In this document: positions 1 through 13,165 of the stretch, piece by piece
How positions within the stretch are numbered: position 1 is the stretch's first letter
Layout of the letters: each line of letters opens with the position of its first letter
Assembly (NCBI RefSeq): GCF_009914755.1
Contig: NC_060940.1
Source of the DNA: the human T2T-CHM13v2.0 reference genome, Homo sapiens
Strand: one strand, 5' to 3'
Length of the DNA stretch: 64,000 bases
Made by a program: the position numbers and the translations under genes
The notes under the pieces: model-generated
The model's database searches: none
What the model was told of the DNA's origin: nothing
The model's input: only the letters and a program-made list of their open reading frames with translations

Positions 1-1034
1 TTTGCAAGCAAGAAGGCACTAGTTAGGAGTGTGCAGCACCCCCAGCCCTCCGTGGTCTGGGCCCTGTTTCCGCACAAGGATTCTTTCTTGGACCACTGTT
101 TTGGCTACTCTGAGGCCCCAGTGGCCCTGAGAAGGCACTGGAAGAAGGCTCATATAAACACGTGGTGGCCAGGAGCTGGGGTTCACAGTTCAGGGTTCAA
201 GTCCCAGATTCACCACTTGACCTTGGGCAGATGACCTCTCTGGACTTTGACTTTCTCATCTGAAAAACGGGGCAGTTAAAGGAACCAGCCACACTGGTGC
301 GCTGTGAGGACGGAGGACTCAGGTTGGCTACGGAGCTGGCTCACGCAGGTGCTCAGCACATACCAGCTGTCACCAGCTGTCACCATCATGGGCCAGGCGC
401 CTGCTCCGTGCCTGTTTCCTCATTTCACCCTCACAGCAACCCTGTGAGGTGTCACATCTTCCCACTAACCAGATGAGGCCACGGAGGCTCTGTGGGGCTC
501 GGAGCTTCTGTAGGATCACCCAGGTACCCAGCAGTGGAGGCTGAATTGAGAAGAAAGACTGGCAGTGAGCTGCTGAGGCTTCCAAAGGGAGCAGCCACCT
601 GCACCTTTAGGTGTGAGGTCGGACCCTGAGGTGCCTTTCACACAGCTCAGTGGCCATCTGGTTCAGTCTCCAGCCTCATCAGCAAAGGTCCAGAGAGCTC
701 AAGTGACTTGCCCAGGGTCACACAGCTTCTCACTGCCAGCTCCTGGTGGGCGACTCGAGGCAGCTGCTGATACCTCAGGGCTTGCTGTGGCTTAGTGTAG
801 GGGACAGGATTGCAAATCTTAATGGCAGAGGGAGAAGCAGAGCTGGGAAGGAAGCGTAGGGCACCTGGCAGCCAGCGAGGGCTCATCAGCCCTCTGCCTC
901 CTCCCAGTCGTGTACCCAGCTCTGGCCTCCTCCGCCTGCCCTGCCCGCATCACCTTCTCTGGAAAAGGATGTGCAGACTTGAAGATCCAGATAATAATGA
1001 TCCCAGACGGAGAGTCTCAGCCTCGCTTTGTGTT

Positions 1035-1165
1035 CCAGCTGCCCAGGAGCTCTGGAAACATACCTGGGCCCAAGCTTAGGGATTCTGGGGTACAGCTGGG
1101 CTTCGGGATCTTTCCGGAAGCTCTCCACATGATTCTGCTGTGCAGCCAGGGTGGAAGACCCCTGG
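1035..1165. mobile_element. MER5-type DNA transposon fragment
   Basis: aagctctccacatgattctgctgtgcagccagggtggaagacccctg resembles the MER5A end. Confidence 0.6.
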
Positions 1166-2939
1166 GGTGCAAGACCCTGTGCTCTTTGAGTGATGACCAG
1201 ATACCGAACGGTGGTGTTTCAAAAGCAGAGAGGCCAGCTGCAAGCCAGGAGGGGAGAGAGTGCTTGCTGAGTGCCTACTGTGTACCTGGAGATGCTCCAG
1301 TCACCTGTCATGCTATTGTTAGCCCTGTGCAGTGGACATGAGACTGAGAGATGAGGCGGGACCCCAGGGGGAAGATGTGCTCTCACCTTCTGGTCCCTTC
1401 TAAAGTGAGCAGAGCCGACCCTGTGGCCATTTCCTGTCCCTCCTGCACGCTTATCTGGCGCCTCTTCCTCCCTCCATCTGCCAAGTTAATGCAAACTGGC
1501 AGGGGCGATGGAGGGGGGCTCCGGGGGCACCACTGGCAGCCCGCCCCACGCCGCCCACATCCCCGGCCCTGCAACCCGGGGCAGGAAACCACCAACGTGT
1601 TTATGAAAGAGGCAGGCGGCAGCTGCTGCTAACAGGTGAGCCCTTCCCGAGCCGAGCCTCTCCCAGGGCCTCCTGGAGAAATCGGTAATGAAGTGCAGCT
1701 GTGAACTCCGGTTTTGGGTCAGAAAGGCAATTTCTCATCTCTACGCGCAGCAATTGAGTCGAAAATCCAGGAGCTGTTTGCCTCTCCCCGCCCCTCCACC
1801 CGCTCAGCCCTCACTCGCCTGAGCAGGAGGCCTCTCAGGCGTCAATATTGACTCTGTCAAAGGCAGGTGGCCGGGCGCAGGAGGGAGCCGGGCTGGAAAC
1901 CGGGCCGGGAGCAGCCCCTGGGGCCAGTGAGGTGGGAGCAGGGAGCAGCTGGCCGGGGTGCCCTGGGAGAACGGAAGGCTGTTTTTCCTCTCATTTTAAT
2001 TGGTCTTTGTGACTCTAATGGTGCCCGTTTCACCTAGTGGCAGTGTATTGGCTTGGGGCCCCACCGCGCACCACATCTGAGCCATTCAAGAGGCGCCAGG
2101 CAGCTGTTCCTGGCCTAACCGACTTTTCTGGATGGTTCTGGGCCTGGAAGGGCCCAGAAAAACAAAGCCAAGGGATGGCTGGGAAACCTCAGGGCCTCCC
2201 TGGGATGGCAGCCGGCAGCTGGGCCGAGGCCGCATGGGGGGCGGGGAAGATCAGAGCCCCGGCTCCCAGATCCGGCTGCGGTCGTGGCCCTGTCTGGCCA
2301 CCTTTGGCCACAGGGTCACCTGAGAATCCAATTTCCATAGGCCCAGATGAAGTAAGCAACGCTTGCCAAGTGAGATTGATTGGAAATCGGAGTGGGCGGC
2401 AGCTCCTGCCCTCTCTTCCGGAATGGACGCTTATGAAGCCCAAATGCCTTGTTCCCAGCCCAGCTGAGATGCATTCAGGAAACACTGGTAGCCTTTGAGG
2501 AGGGGCCAGGTGTAGTGGTTGTGAGCTGGGGGCACTGGGGCCAGCATGCCTGGGGTTTGGATCGCTGCTGTGTGACTTTGGAGAGATCGCTTGACTTCTC
2601 TGATCCTGTCTCCTGCAAAATAGAAGGGTTGCATTTGAAGATCCACCTTGCAAATCTGATGATGACAACAATAATAATCATTTCCTTGGTGGGGAATAAA
2701 ACACAGAAAGTTGTGCTGTGCCTCTTCTGCCTGCCGCTGCCCTTCCTGCCACACCATGCCCACCAGGGCTCCCAGCTTGGCCCAAAAGGAAGGGCCTAGT
2801 CTCAGCCCCAGTGGCCTTCTGTCTTCAGCCCCTTGGTGTAGAATCGGAACCACACAGCTGCACCCAGCTGTCCCCATGTAATGGGAACCCTGTTACCATG
2901 GTGGGTACTTTGTGGCCAGTTCTATTTTAGGCAGCTGAC

Positions 2940-3573
<634 letters not shown>

Positions 3574-3603
3574 CACCTTACATATTTTTTAAAAGCCAGG
3601 TTT

Positions 3604-3922
<319 letters not shown>

Positions 3923-3927
3923 GCCAG

Positions 3928-4660
3928 GTTTATTCAGATATAGCTTATGCACAAGAGCGTTCAGTCTTTTTAGAGCGTACCAGTTGGTGAATTCTCACAA
4001 TCATATACAGCAAAACCACCACCATAATTTACAAAATTTTGCCTCCAACTGCAGAAAATTCCATGGTGTCCTTTTGTGGTCATTCCCCACCTCCAGCCCC
4101 TGCACCCACGGGTCTGTTTTCTGACTTGATTGTTTCACCTTTGCTAGGATGTCATGTAGGCGGAGGCGTTCAGTACAAAGACTCCTGTGCTGAGTGTGCC
4201 AGGGTTGAGACCCATCTAAGTTGGTGCGTGAGCTGGTGGTTGGTGCGTGCGCTGGTGGTGGTTGGTGTGTGTGCTGGTGGTTGGTGCGTGCACTGATGGT
4301 GGTTGGTGTGTGTGCTGGTGGTTGGTGCGTGCGCTGGTGGTGGTTGGTGTGTGTGCTGGTGGTTGGTGCGTGCGCTGGTGGTGGTTGGTGTGTGTGCTGG
4401 TGGTTGGTGCGTGCGCTGGTGGTGGTTGGTGTGTGTGCTGGTGGTTGGTGCGTGCGCTGGTGGTGGTTGGTGTGTGTGCTGGTGGTTGGTGCGTGCGCTG
4501 GTGGTGGTTGGTGTGTGTGCTGGTGGTTGGTGCGTGCGCTGGTGGTGGTTGGTGCGTGCGCTGGTGGTGGTTGGTGCCTGCGCTGGTGGTTGGTTCCTTC
4601 CTGTTTTAGAGCAGTGCACCACTGTATGGATGCACCACAAATGGTTTGCCCGGTGGAGAC
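3928..4660 (-). mobile_element. Old L1M 3' fragment interrupted by the VNTR
   Basis: Resembles an antisense L1M 3' end (tttattcagatatagc..., cattccccacctccagcccctg, cactgtatggatgcaccacaa). Confidence 0.7.
4220..4594. repeat. Minisatellite/VNTR, 41-bp higher-order unit (22-bp + 19-bp subunits)
   Basis: (tggtgcgtgcgctggtggtggt)(tggtgtgtgtgctggtggt) x7 from 4241-4527, plus flanking monomers. Confidence 0.95.
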
Positions 4661-4889
4661 ACTGAAGCCCACAGTCACACTGCTAGGCTCCTCATAACAG
4701 GCCACCTGGCTTGAGAGGCCACCCAAGAGGCCCGTCTCTGCCTGCCTCCCCCCCTCACCGAGTTGCTGGTTCCAGGGAGACTGGGTCCATGTGCTGTAAG
4801 CAAGAAGCGTCCCCACCCAAGGTCCGTGTCTCGGTGTCAGGTTAGACCATGGCTGAAGATGCATCTTTGTCCCCGCCAGAGAGACCCGT

Positions 4890-5130
4890 GTCCGGCGCGA
4901 ATAATTGGATTTTAATGAAACGAATGGGAGTGCTGAAGCCGTTTGCCACCCTGGCCTGCATCGGGGCCCCGCAATTAAGCCGATTATGTTTTGAGAGTCA
5001 AGCTGTCTGACTCCTCGCGTCCCTAATGTGATGATGTTTGATGGCCCTGCCAGCGCGGTTATTTATTTATTTACCCAACCCTCATGCGCTGGGATGTGCC
5101 AGTGGGCCCCGGTAATTAACAGCGGGTGCT
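4890..5130. promoter_or_regulatory. Candidate conserved enhancer
   Basis: Unique sequence with retained CpGs and clustered TAATTG/CAATTA/TAATTA motifs. Confidence 0.45.
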
Positions 5131-6628
5131 GAGCCTGTGTGTTCCCACTCCGGCCCCCACCTCTCCCTCTGTCTGGCAGCTCAGGGCATCACCTAGGGAC
5201 AGACTCTAACAAATGCAGATGGCCAGGCCATACTCACGCAGACTTTTAAGTTGGTTGATCTGGGACTGTGGCAAGGCCACTGGGATTTTTCAAAGCTACC
5301 CCGGCGGGGCCCAGAAGCCCCTGGTCTAAAGGACGCAGATTCTCCTGGAAGCCTGGGGTGCTGCTGCATCTCAAAGGGCCTCCTTCCTCGGAATCCCCTG
5401 CCCCAGTGGGCCCAGGCTGTTCCCACCTGTGGGAGGCCTGTGGTCTTCTCCTCCTTAAGGCCTCAGTGAAATTCAGGGAAGGATTTGAACCCAGAGACCC
5501 TCAGCACAGGTCCTGGGAGAGAGACCCCTGGTGGGCGGTGCAGAACTCCGGGTGTCTTTCCCAGCAGTGGTAGTGGATTGGCGTTCTCTCTCCCCCGTTC
5601 GTTCTGTGAACAAACAGGGATTGGGCCCTTCCCTCTGCCAGGCGCTGGGCTAGGTGAGTGCTGCAGTGCTGGGTGGGGGACTGGGTGGTCGCTCGGTGCC
5701 TCCAACCCCACCCTGCGGGCACTGAGGGTCCTCCCTGGAGCTTTCTGGCTTCTCTGGCTGTGTGGTTTGGCAATTTGCCTGTGTTTTGGTTTTCTGTCCC
5801 CGACGCTGCCGGTCCAGGGCGGAGGGACACCAGGATTTTGTGTGATCTTGGATAGATGAGTCACGGAAGCTCCTGGGCCTGGGTCCCCCACCTGTAAAAT
5901 GGGGGCAGGGGGTTAGCAACTGCCAGGCAGTCCTTTCCGGCTCCCGTATCGGGGGAAGGTTCTAGATTTAGACATTGGCACGGCTGATGGGGGTGTGAAG
6001 GAAAGCTGTTTTGGGGAGCTCTGTGGTAAAGTCACACGGTGGCTCGGGGACCCTGAGCAGCCCGCCCACCCTCCTCTACCTCCCTTCCCTCCGCGGAGGC
6101 TGGGCAGATTGCTCGGTGCATGGACGCAGTGTGTACAAAGGACTCAGCATCGGGCGCTGGGGCGTGCCAGGCAGTGACAGTGCATGCCGGGGTGGCTGGA
6201 CGTAGGAAGCAAGGCAGCAGGGAGGGTTGGGGTATGGGGCTGCTTGTGGGGGCTGGGTCCCAGCTTAGGTGTGAGGGCACCTCTTTCATCAGGAGGAGGT
6301 CGGTGGGTGGAAGTAGCAGGTCCCTCAGGTGGTGACCCTGGGGCTGGGTGTGGCTCCTGGAGCCCCAGCTGTTGAGGGCAGGGCTTGGTTTGTGCCCCTC
6401 ACCCCATGAGACCAGGCTCAGGTGGGCAGTTCCTGTCCTGAAGTCTAGAGCTCAGGGGGCTGAGAAGAGGGGGCGCCACTGCCTTTCCTGTGGGGGGATC
6501 CTACTTCATCCAGCGCCCTCCCTCTCTAGACCTCCTTTTCCCTCTGCACAAGGCGGTCGCACCCCATCCAGCTCTGGGCGGACCCCCAGGTGTCTGACCT
6601 CGGCCGGCCCCACTTGCTTGGCACTCTT

Positions 6629-7048
6629 GGACCTGGTGGGGGCTCAGCTGAGGCATGCAGAGAGCAGAGCAAGGGCTGGATGAGCTCCTCCAGGGCCCCA
6701 GGCCACCTGCACACAGCACCCCCTGCCTCCTTGGGTGAAGCTGCCAGCCAGGTCCTCATGCCCCAGGAAGGAGACTTGGGGGCGATTCCACCCCCGCCCC
6801 CTGCCCCACGGGCATCCAGCTTCAGCCCAGCTGGGCAGAGTGGCAGGCTCTAGGAGTGGAGGGAGCCACCCTGAACGTGGGGAGAATATAACCAAGGCCT
6901 GGTGGTAACCCTGCTTTCCAGTAAAAATAAGAGCAACCAACATTTATTAAGGACTGGCAGCGTGCAGGGCCCTGTGTGGAGCCTTTCCATACACTGCCTC
7001 ATTCGATCCTGAGATGTGGTAGCATTGGTGGTGTGTAATTTTCATACC
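6629..7048 (+). repeat. 420-bp local duplication, copy 1
   Basis: Ungapped alignment to 10308-10727 (offset 3679), about 21 mismatches counted by eye (~95%). Confidence 0.95.
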
Positions 7049-7304
7049 CTCCGAGCTTCTCCGAGGCTGCCCCAGGCCCTTGGTTCCTCGCCCTCAGCCC
7101 TGGTGGTGGCAGTGGCCCTGGAGGGCTACCCATGCGGCAGGGGAGCGGCCAGCAGATGGCTCCAAGCCAAGGCAGAACGGCTCAGGAGGGGTGGCCAGCC
7201 AGGCTTGCCAGTGGGCCTTAGTTTCCCCTGCTGAGCCCACAGTGCCCTTTTGGCTGGGCTCATTTTCCCTGGAGCATCCATGCAGCCAGGCTCCTGGGCA
7301 GATG

Positions 7305-7765
7305 CCGGATGAGTTTCCCGGGGCTGCCATAATGAATCACCCTAAACCAGGGGCCTCAAAACAACACACACTGACTCTCCCACAGTTCTGGAGACGTCCA
7401 AAGTCAAGGTGTCGGCAGGACGCGTTCCTTGTGGAGGCCCTGGCGGAGGATCTGTTCCAGCCTTCCTCCCAGCTGCTGGCGGTGCCGGCCATGCTTGGCA
7501 AGGAGGCTTGGCACTCCTTGCCGTGTAGACGCGTCACTCCAGGCTCTGCCTCCATCATCATGCAGCCTTCTATGGGTCCACGTCTCCTTCTCTGTTTCTT
7601 AGAACGGCACTCCTCCCTAGGTTTAGGGCCCACCCTAATCTAGGATGAGCTCATCTCAGGAGCCTTAAGTTAATCACATCTGCAAAGCCCCTGCCTCCAA
7701 ATAAGGTCGCCTGCCCAGGTGCGGAGGGTGAGGGTATGGACAGATCTTTCTGGAGAGCCGTAACT
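7305..7765 (-). mobile_element. MLT1 (MaLR) solo LTR
   Basis: gggctgccataa...cacagttctggag...aaggtgtcggcagg...agggcccaccctaatc...cacatctgcaaag...ccaaataaggtc. Confidence 0.85.
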
Positions 7766-8020
7766 CAACCTCCTGGGTGCCAGGTTCTGTGCAGGCACCT
7801 TATGTTCTGTTTCCTCCTCCGTAAATGGGGACACGGGTGCATCCCACGAGGCTTCGTAAGCATCAGAGGAGCGGGTTGGGGTGATGGCCTGAGCAGCGCC
7901 CTGCGGCTGCAATAAACACCTGCAGATTGGATGGTTATTCAGAGCAGGGCCTCATTCTCCTCCAAGGTGACCCAGGGTCCCTCTTCACAGGAGAGGAAAC
8001 AGAGACTCTGAAGCTCCACT

Positions 8021-8217
8021 CAGCCTGGCGTGGTGGCACATGCCTGTAATCCCAGCTACTGGGGAGGCAGGCGGGAGGATCGCTTGAGTTTGAGGCTGCA
8101 GTAAGCCAAGATTGTGCCACTGCCACTCCAGCCTGGGAGACAGAGCAAGACCTGGCATTACAAAAGAGAGAGAGAGAGAGAGAGAGAAAGAAAGAAAAGA
8201 AAAGAAAAGAAAAAAGA
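8021..8217 (+). mobile_element. Alu right-arm monomer with (GA)n/(GAAAA)n tail
   Basis: gcgtggtggcacatgcctgtaatcccagctact...ccagcctggg, then a purine microsatellite. Confidence 0.85.
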
Positions 8218-8734
8218 AACTCCACCCAGTGTAGGGCTGGGGATGGAGCTGGGGTGTTGTAACAGCAGACCCCATGGTCCCCTCCTCACACCCCATGCTC
8301 AGGCCGGTGTGGGTTTATAGCGGCTACCCAGGAAACAGAAGGGCAAGCAGAGCCTCTGCTCATTTGGGGGACCCCGATTATCTGGGCTGCAACTCAGCCC
8401 CGTTTGGAATTGATGGCTCAGTCTCAGATCAGAGACAGACTCAGGGAGCCTGGCGCGCTGCAAGCTGCCTCCCCCGCACGAGACTTCAGGTGGCCAAGAC
8501 TTCCCACATTGGGGAGTTCTGCTCTCAGTTTCTGACAAGCTTGGGGGGAATGTGACCCATCCACGTGCAGGCAGCTGTCTGGGGGTGAAAGCGTCACGCT
8601 CTCTCTCCACTCTCACGCCTGCATGGAGCCCATCCTGCTGCCTAACTCCCATCCTGGCCTAATGCCCTTCCCTCCCAGGGACCCACCCCCACCTCTGGGG
8701 TCAGGCCCCGCTTTGTGTGCCTTACAAATGCGAA

Positions 8735-8845
8735 TAAACTCATAGCATCCTTATTTTAGAGACGAGGAAACTAAGGCTCAGAGAGGTTAATGACTTGCCC
8801 CAGGATACCCAGTTGTAAGTAACAGAGCTAGGATTTGAACTTGAG
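8735..8845 (-). mobile_element. MIR
   Basis: gaggaaactaaggctcagagaggttaatgacttgccc...ggatttgaac (MIR core). Confidence 0.8.
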
Positions 8846-9360
8846 TGGCTGGCCCTCCCTCTCAACTCATCCTCATCTGTGTCCAGAGGAAGCTGTGCCT
8901 CCCTGAGTTCACCCAGTCCTGGTTCAGAGGAGGGTCACCGAGGGGTAGGACAGTATTTTGGAGGACACCTGGGCCAGACCCCTGGTATATTGTCGTGGGG
9001 TGCAAAGGGGGTCTGTCATCAGCATTACATTTGGCTTTGAGAAGCAGTGGAGCTGGGGCATCAGAATCCAGTGAGGCAAAGTGGGAGAGAGAGAGGGCAT
9101 TCCAGTGGGGAGGCCCTGTGAGAGGAAGCGCTTGGAGGTGGGACCCTTTGAGCTTGTTCTGGAACATGAGAGCTCAGCCATCTCTACCACCCTCTGCCTT
9201 CCAGATTATGCTCTGGGATTTCCAAATTGCTTGTACCTTCAGCAGCACGCAGCCCACCATTTCACACTGCCACGAAGTCCGGGGTGGTGTGGTAGGGACC
9301 AGGACCCTGCTGCAAATCCCCAAGCACCCTGAGGACAGGGAGGGGAGGGTCATTTTCCTG

Positions 9361-9362
<2 letters not shown>

Positions 9363-9415
<53 letters not shown>
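9363..9415. repeat. (TG)n microsatellite
   Basis: About 26 uninterrupted GT units. Confidence 0.98.
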
Positions 9416-9416
<1 letters not shown>

Positions 9417-10307
9417 TCTGCCATTTTTGCTCTGCTTCCAGAAGGGACTTGAGGCAGCTAAGTGGTATTTAAAGAAGATTAAGCATTTCCAGGGAGGGAG
9501 GCTGCAGCAGGGTGAGCGCTGGTGGGTGAGAGGCCCGCTAGGAGGCTGCTGTGGCGACTCAGGGTCCTGGCGGGGAGAACCTGCCCTCTGTGCCCCGCCA
9601 CACTCCCAAGCCCCGCCATTGCCAGGGACGGTGGGACTCACAGGAGAGACACCGGCAGGCTGTGTTTTCAAAGAAGATGCCATTCACAGCACAGCCCAGG
9701 ACAAAACGGGCCTTGCCTTGCTAAGTTACAAGAGACCAACTCCCGACAGAAGAGCTGACCAAGGGCTTCCGCAGCCTCCTTTCTGGGGGCTCGAAAGAAT
9801 CTTCTGATAAATGAACCTCAGCAGTAGGCATCCTGAGATCACTGCCTGCTCGGGGTGGCTGTGGGGGTAAGCCAGGCAGTTCCTGCCTCCCGCTTTCCTC
9901 TGACCCCAAAAGAAAGGGCAGCGGGGTCTGCCCTAGAGGCTGCCAGGATTGCATTGCACATAGCCAGATAAGGATGAGGAGAGTGGAAGGGCAGAGGCCC
10001 CGTCAGAGCTTATCTGGGCAAGGTCAGGAACCCAGAGCAAGGAAGATGCTCTGGGAGGAGAGAAGGGAGCATGTCCATCTCCACCCTGAGCTGGCAGATG
10101 GGGGACAGCGAGACTCCCCCCAGACTGGACCGCAGCTGTCAGCCTGGCCATGAGTCCCAGCATTTGCCCACTGCAGGGGAGAGGCTGTCTCTGATGGTCC
10201 CTGACCTGGGGCAGGGATACAGATCATCCTGGGTTTCTCTGTCCGGTAGGGTTGGCACAGCAGGCTTCACAGTCTCCCTCGTGGTGATGAGATGTGTCAT
10301 CGTCCCA

Positions 10308-10727
10308 GGACCTGGTGGAGGCTGAGCTCAGGCATGCAGAGAGCAGGGCAAGGGCTGGATGGGCTCCTCCAGGGCCCCAGGCTACCTGCACACAGCACCC
10401 CCTGCCTCGTTGGGTGAAGCTGCCAGCCAGGTCCTCATGCCCCAGGAAGGAGACTTGGGGGTGATTGCACCCCCACCCTCTGCCCTACGGGCATCCAGCT
10501 TCAGCCCGGCTGGGCAGAGTGGCAGGCTGTAGGGGTGGAGGGAGCCACCCTGAATGTGGGGAGAATATAACCAAGGCTTGGTGGTAACCCTGCTTTCCAG
10601 TAAAAATAACAGCAACCAACATTTATTAAGGACTGGCAGTGTGCAGGGCCCTGTGCGGAGGCTTTCCATACACTGCCTCATTCGATCCTGAGATGTGGTA
10701 GCATTGGTGGTGTGTAATTTTCATACC
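10308..10727 (+). repeat. 420-bp local duplication, copy 2
   Basis: Matches 6629-7048 from ggacctggtgg to gtgtaattttcatacc. Confidence 0.95.
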
Positions 10728-13009
10728 TTCTCTGAGATTGAAGTAGCTATTATTGACCCCATTTTACATGTAAGGAGACTGAGGCACACAGCAGTGACCC
10801 CATCCTGGTGCACCCTGGTTGCTGTCTTCTAGTGAGGTGCTCAGGTGTGATCTGACTCCCCAAACCCTACAATCTGCTCCGGGCTTCCTCAGAGGCCCCT
10901 CTGCAGCACCAGCCGGCACTGACCTGGCCTCCCAGCACTTGGAAGTGGGCCAGCCATTTCTGGACCCCCTGCAGCTCTGGGGACCCCCTGCCTCGCTCCC
11001 GGCTGGATGCCGTGGGACACTTCAGAAAAGGCAGACAGTCCTGCCCTCAAGGAGCAGGGAGGAGTGCAGCCCAAGGACACAGCTGAGGTAGAAGCTTCAA
11101 GGCCACAGGTAAATGAGGCCCTGCTTGGAGGAATGGGCCTTCAGGTGCAGGTGCCTGGAGGGGAGCCCTCGACAGCTGGAGCTGAAGGATGCACCCCAGG
11201 GCAGCCAGAGCTGAGCAGACACTGCCCTAGCAGGAGGGCATTGGAAGGGGGCATGGAGAGATGGAGGCCCTGTCCCAGGTACCAGGATGCCCAGATGGAG
11301 AGGCTGGTTGAGCTGGGCATGGAGGCCCAGGGGCCAGGGGAATCTCCTGTTGATGCCCTACTGGCCAGTGGCAGGGGCTTCCACATTGCGGGTGGCTATC
11401 ACACCACAGCAGCAGTTCCCAAAGTGGGGTTGTCCTGGGAACTCATTAGGAATGCAGATTCTCAGGCCCCGCCCCAGACCTGCTAAATGAGAAACGCTGG
11501 GTGGCAGAGCAAGGCTGTGTCCTCCCCAGCACTGCTGGGGATCCTGGTGCTTCTTAAAGTATGAGGTCCCCTGTGCTGCAGGAGGGATAGAGTCACTTTG
11601 GGTTCAGGGAGCCTGGGGCCTCCTCTTTCTACTGCTAACCCTCCATCTAAGGCCAGAGGGGAGCTGTGTTCCTTCACCTTCAGCAAGGAGGTACCTATCT
11701 CCCTGCTCTGGATAAACCGTGCCACCTGCCCGCAGGTCTGGGTGGGGCAAGCAGTGCCCTCCCCACTCTCAGGAGTATTGGCCGCTTTCGCTCCTGCCAC
11801 CCTGTGCCTAGGGCCTTGGCAGGGACTGAGACTTTCCGTCGGCTGCTGCCTGTGGTGCCTCGGCTCATCATCCTCTGCTTACACAGTGGCCTCTGACGCC
11901 GCCTGTGCTCATTCACCCAGAAAGATGGCATCGGGGCGAAGTCAGAGGCAGGCAGATTCTATCTAGAACAACCACCGTGCCAATTGCAAACGCCACCCCC
12001 AGGCACCCTCTGTGTCTCCACATGCATGCAGGCAGGAGTTGTGGGTGCCCTTCCACAGAGCCACCACCAGCCCATATGGCTCCTTTGTGCAAATTAGAAG
12101 GCACCCCTTGCTTCAGGCAGACCCATCCCGTGCCCAGCTGGTTGTTGAAGAGTAGAGTGACTTTGGGTTTCAGCTCCCGCTTGCCATTTCCTCCAGGAGC
12201 TCTTGTGCAGTGAACAATCTGGACGACTATACTTGGCAGCCCTTTTCCCTGGGCTCTTGTTGGCTCCCATCACCATCCCATTGGCTGTTAGGGGCTTAAA
12301 GCACAAACCACTCAGCTGCCCTTTCACTCCAGAGAGACCAGGGCATCCATTTCCATGCTCTGCCTGGTCCCTTTTGCCTATGTGCTTAGTGTGGAGTGGC
12401 TAAGATCTGTTAGTTCATGCCAAGGGCTGGATTAGAGGTAGAGGACTCCACGGAGTCACTGAACCCAGTCTGCCCACCCTGCAGAGGAGTATATTGAGGC
12501 CCTGAAAGTTACGTGGCCTCGGGCAAGTCACTGTTAAGACTTGTTTTCCCTTCCCAGAGGCTTTCTCTCTTTGGTCTTGAGCACTTGTTTTGTGCAAGGC
12601 TGAACAGGCATTCACCCCTCCTTCACAGAGGGGGTTGCTGACGCCCAGGGAAGCTGAGCGATTCCCCCAGCTCACGCAGTGAGTGGATGGCCTGGTTGGA
12701 TCTCAGTCCAGGCTCCTGGCTCCTCTCAGGAGCTTCTCAAAGCATTTCTGCCAGAAAGCAGACCCTGTTCCCTGTGATCCTGTCCTTCTGCTGGGGTGCA
12801 TGAGCCCCCAGGGCCCCGCAGTGCACATACCTTCACCCAGCGCCTGGCCTCCGATGAGCAAGGACACGATGTCCTGGGGGATGCAATCTCCTGGCCCACA
12901 TCCCTTGACCAGATAAACACTCCCCTACAGACACTCCAGCCTGAAACACCAAGTGTGTTCAAGGTCAAACGGGCTGGCCTGGAGGAGGCCTTGAGTCCCT
13001 GATCCTTCC

Positions 13010-13165
13010 AGCAGCCTTCTCAGCCGTAGCTGCATCTTGGAACCACCCGGGGGGCTTTGAGACACACTGATACCTGGACCCCCTTCTCCAGAGATTCTGA
13101 TACAACTGCTCAGGGGTGCGGCCCAGCCTGGTATTTTCTTAAACTTCCCGAATTGTCCCGTCGAG
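13010..13165. mobile_element. MER5A-like
   Basis: cttctcagccgtagctgcatcttggaaccacccgggggg...ccagagattctgat. Confidence 0.6.

Noticed and set aside
1508-1635. Possible coding first exon ending at the 1635 donor
   Set aside because: The nearby ATGs (1489, 1508, 1603) all meet stops before the donor.
4001-4864. Repetitive His/Thr/Pro and Trp/Val ORFs, and a CRISPR-like periodicity
   Set aside because: These are translations of the VNTR; the units are tandem with no unique spacers, and the DNA is eukaryotic.
8845-9807. 320-aa ORF
   Set aside because: Includes the (TG)n microsatellite (CVCVCV) and resembles no protein I recognise.
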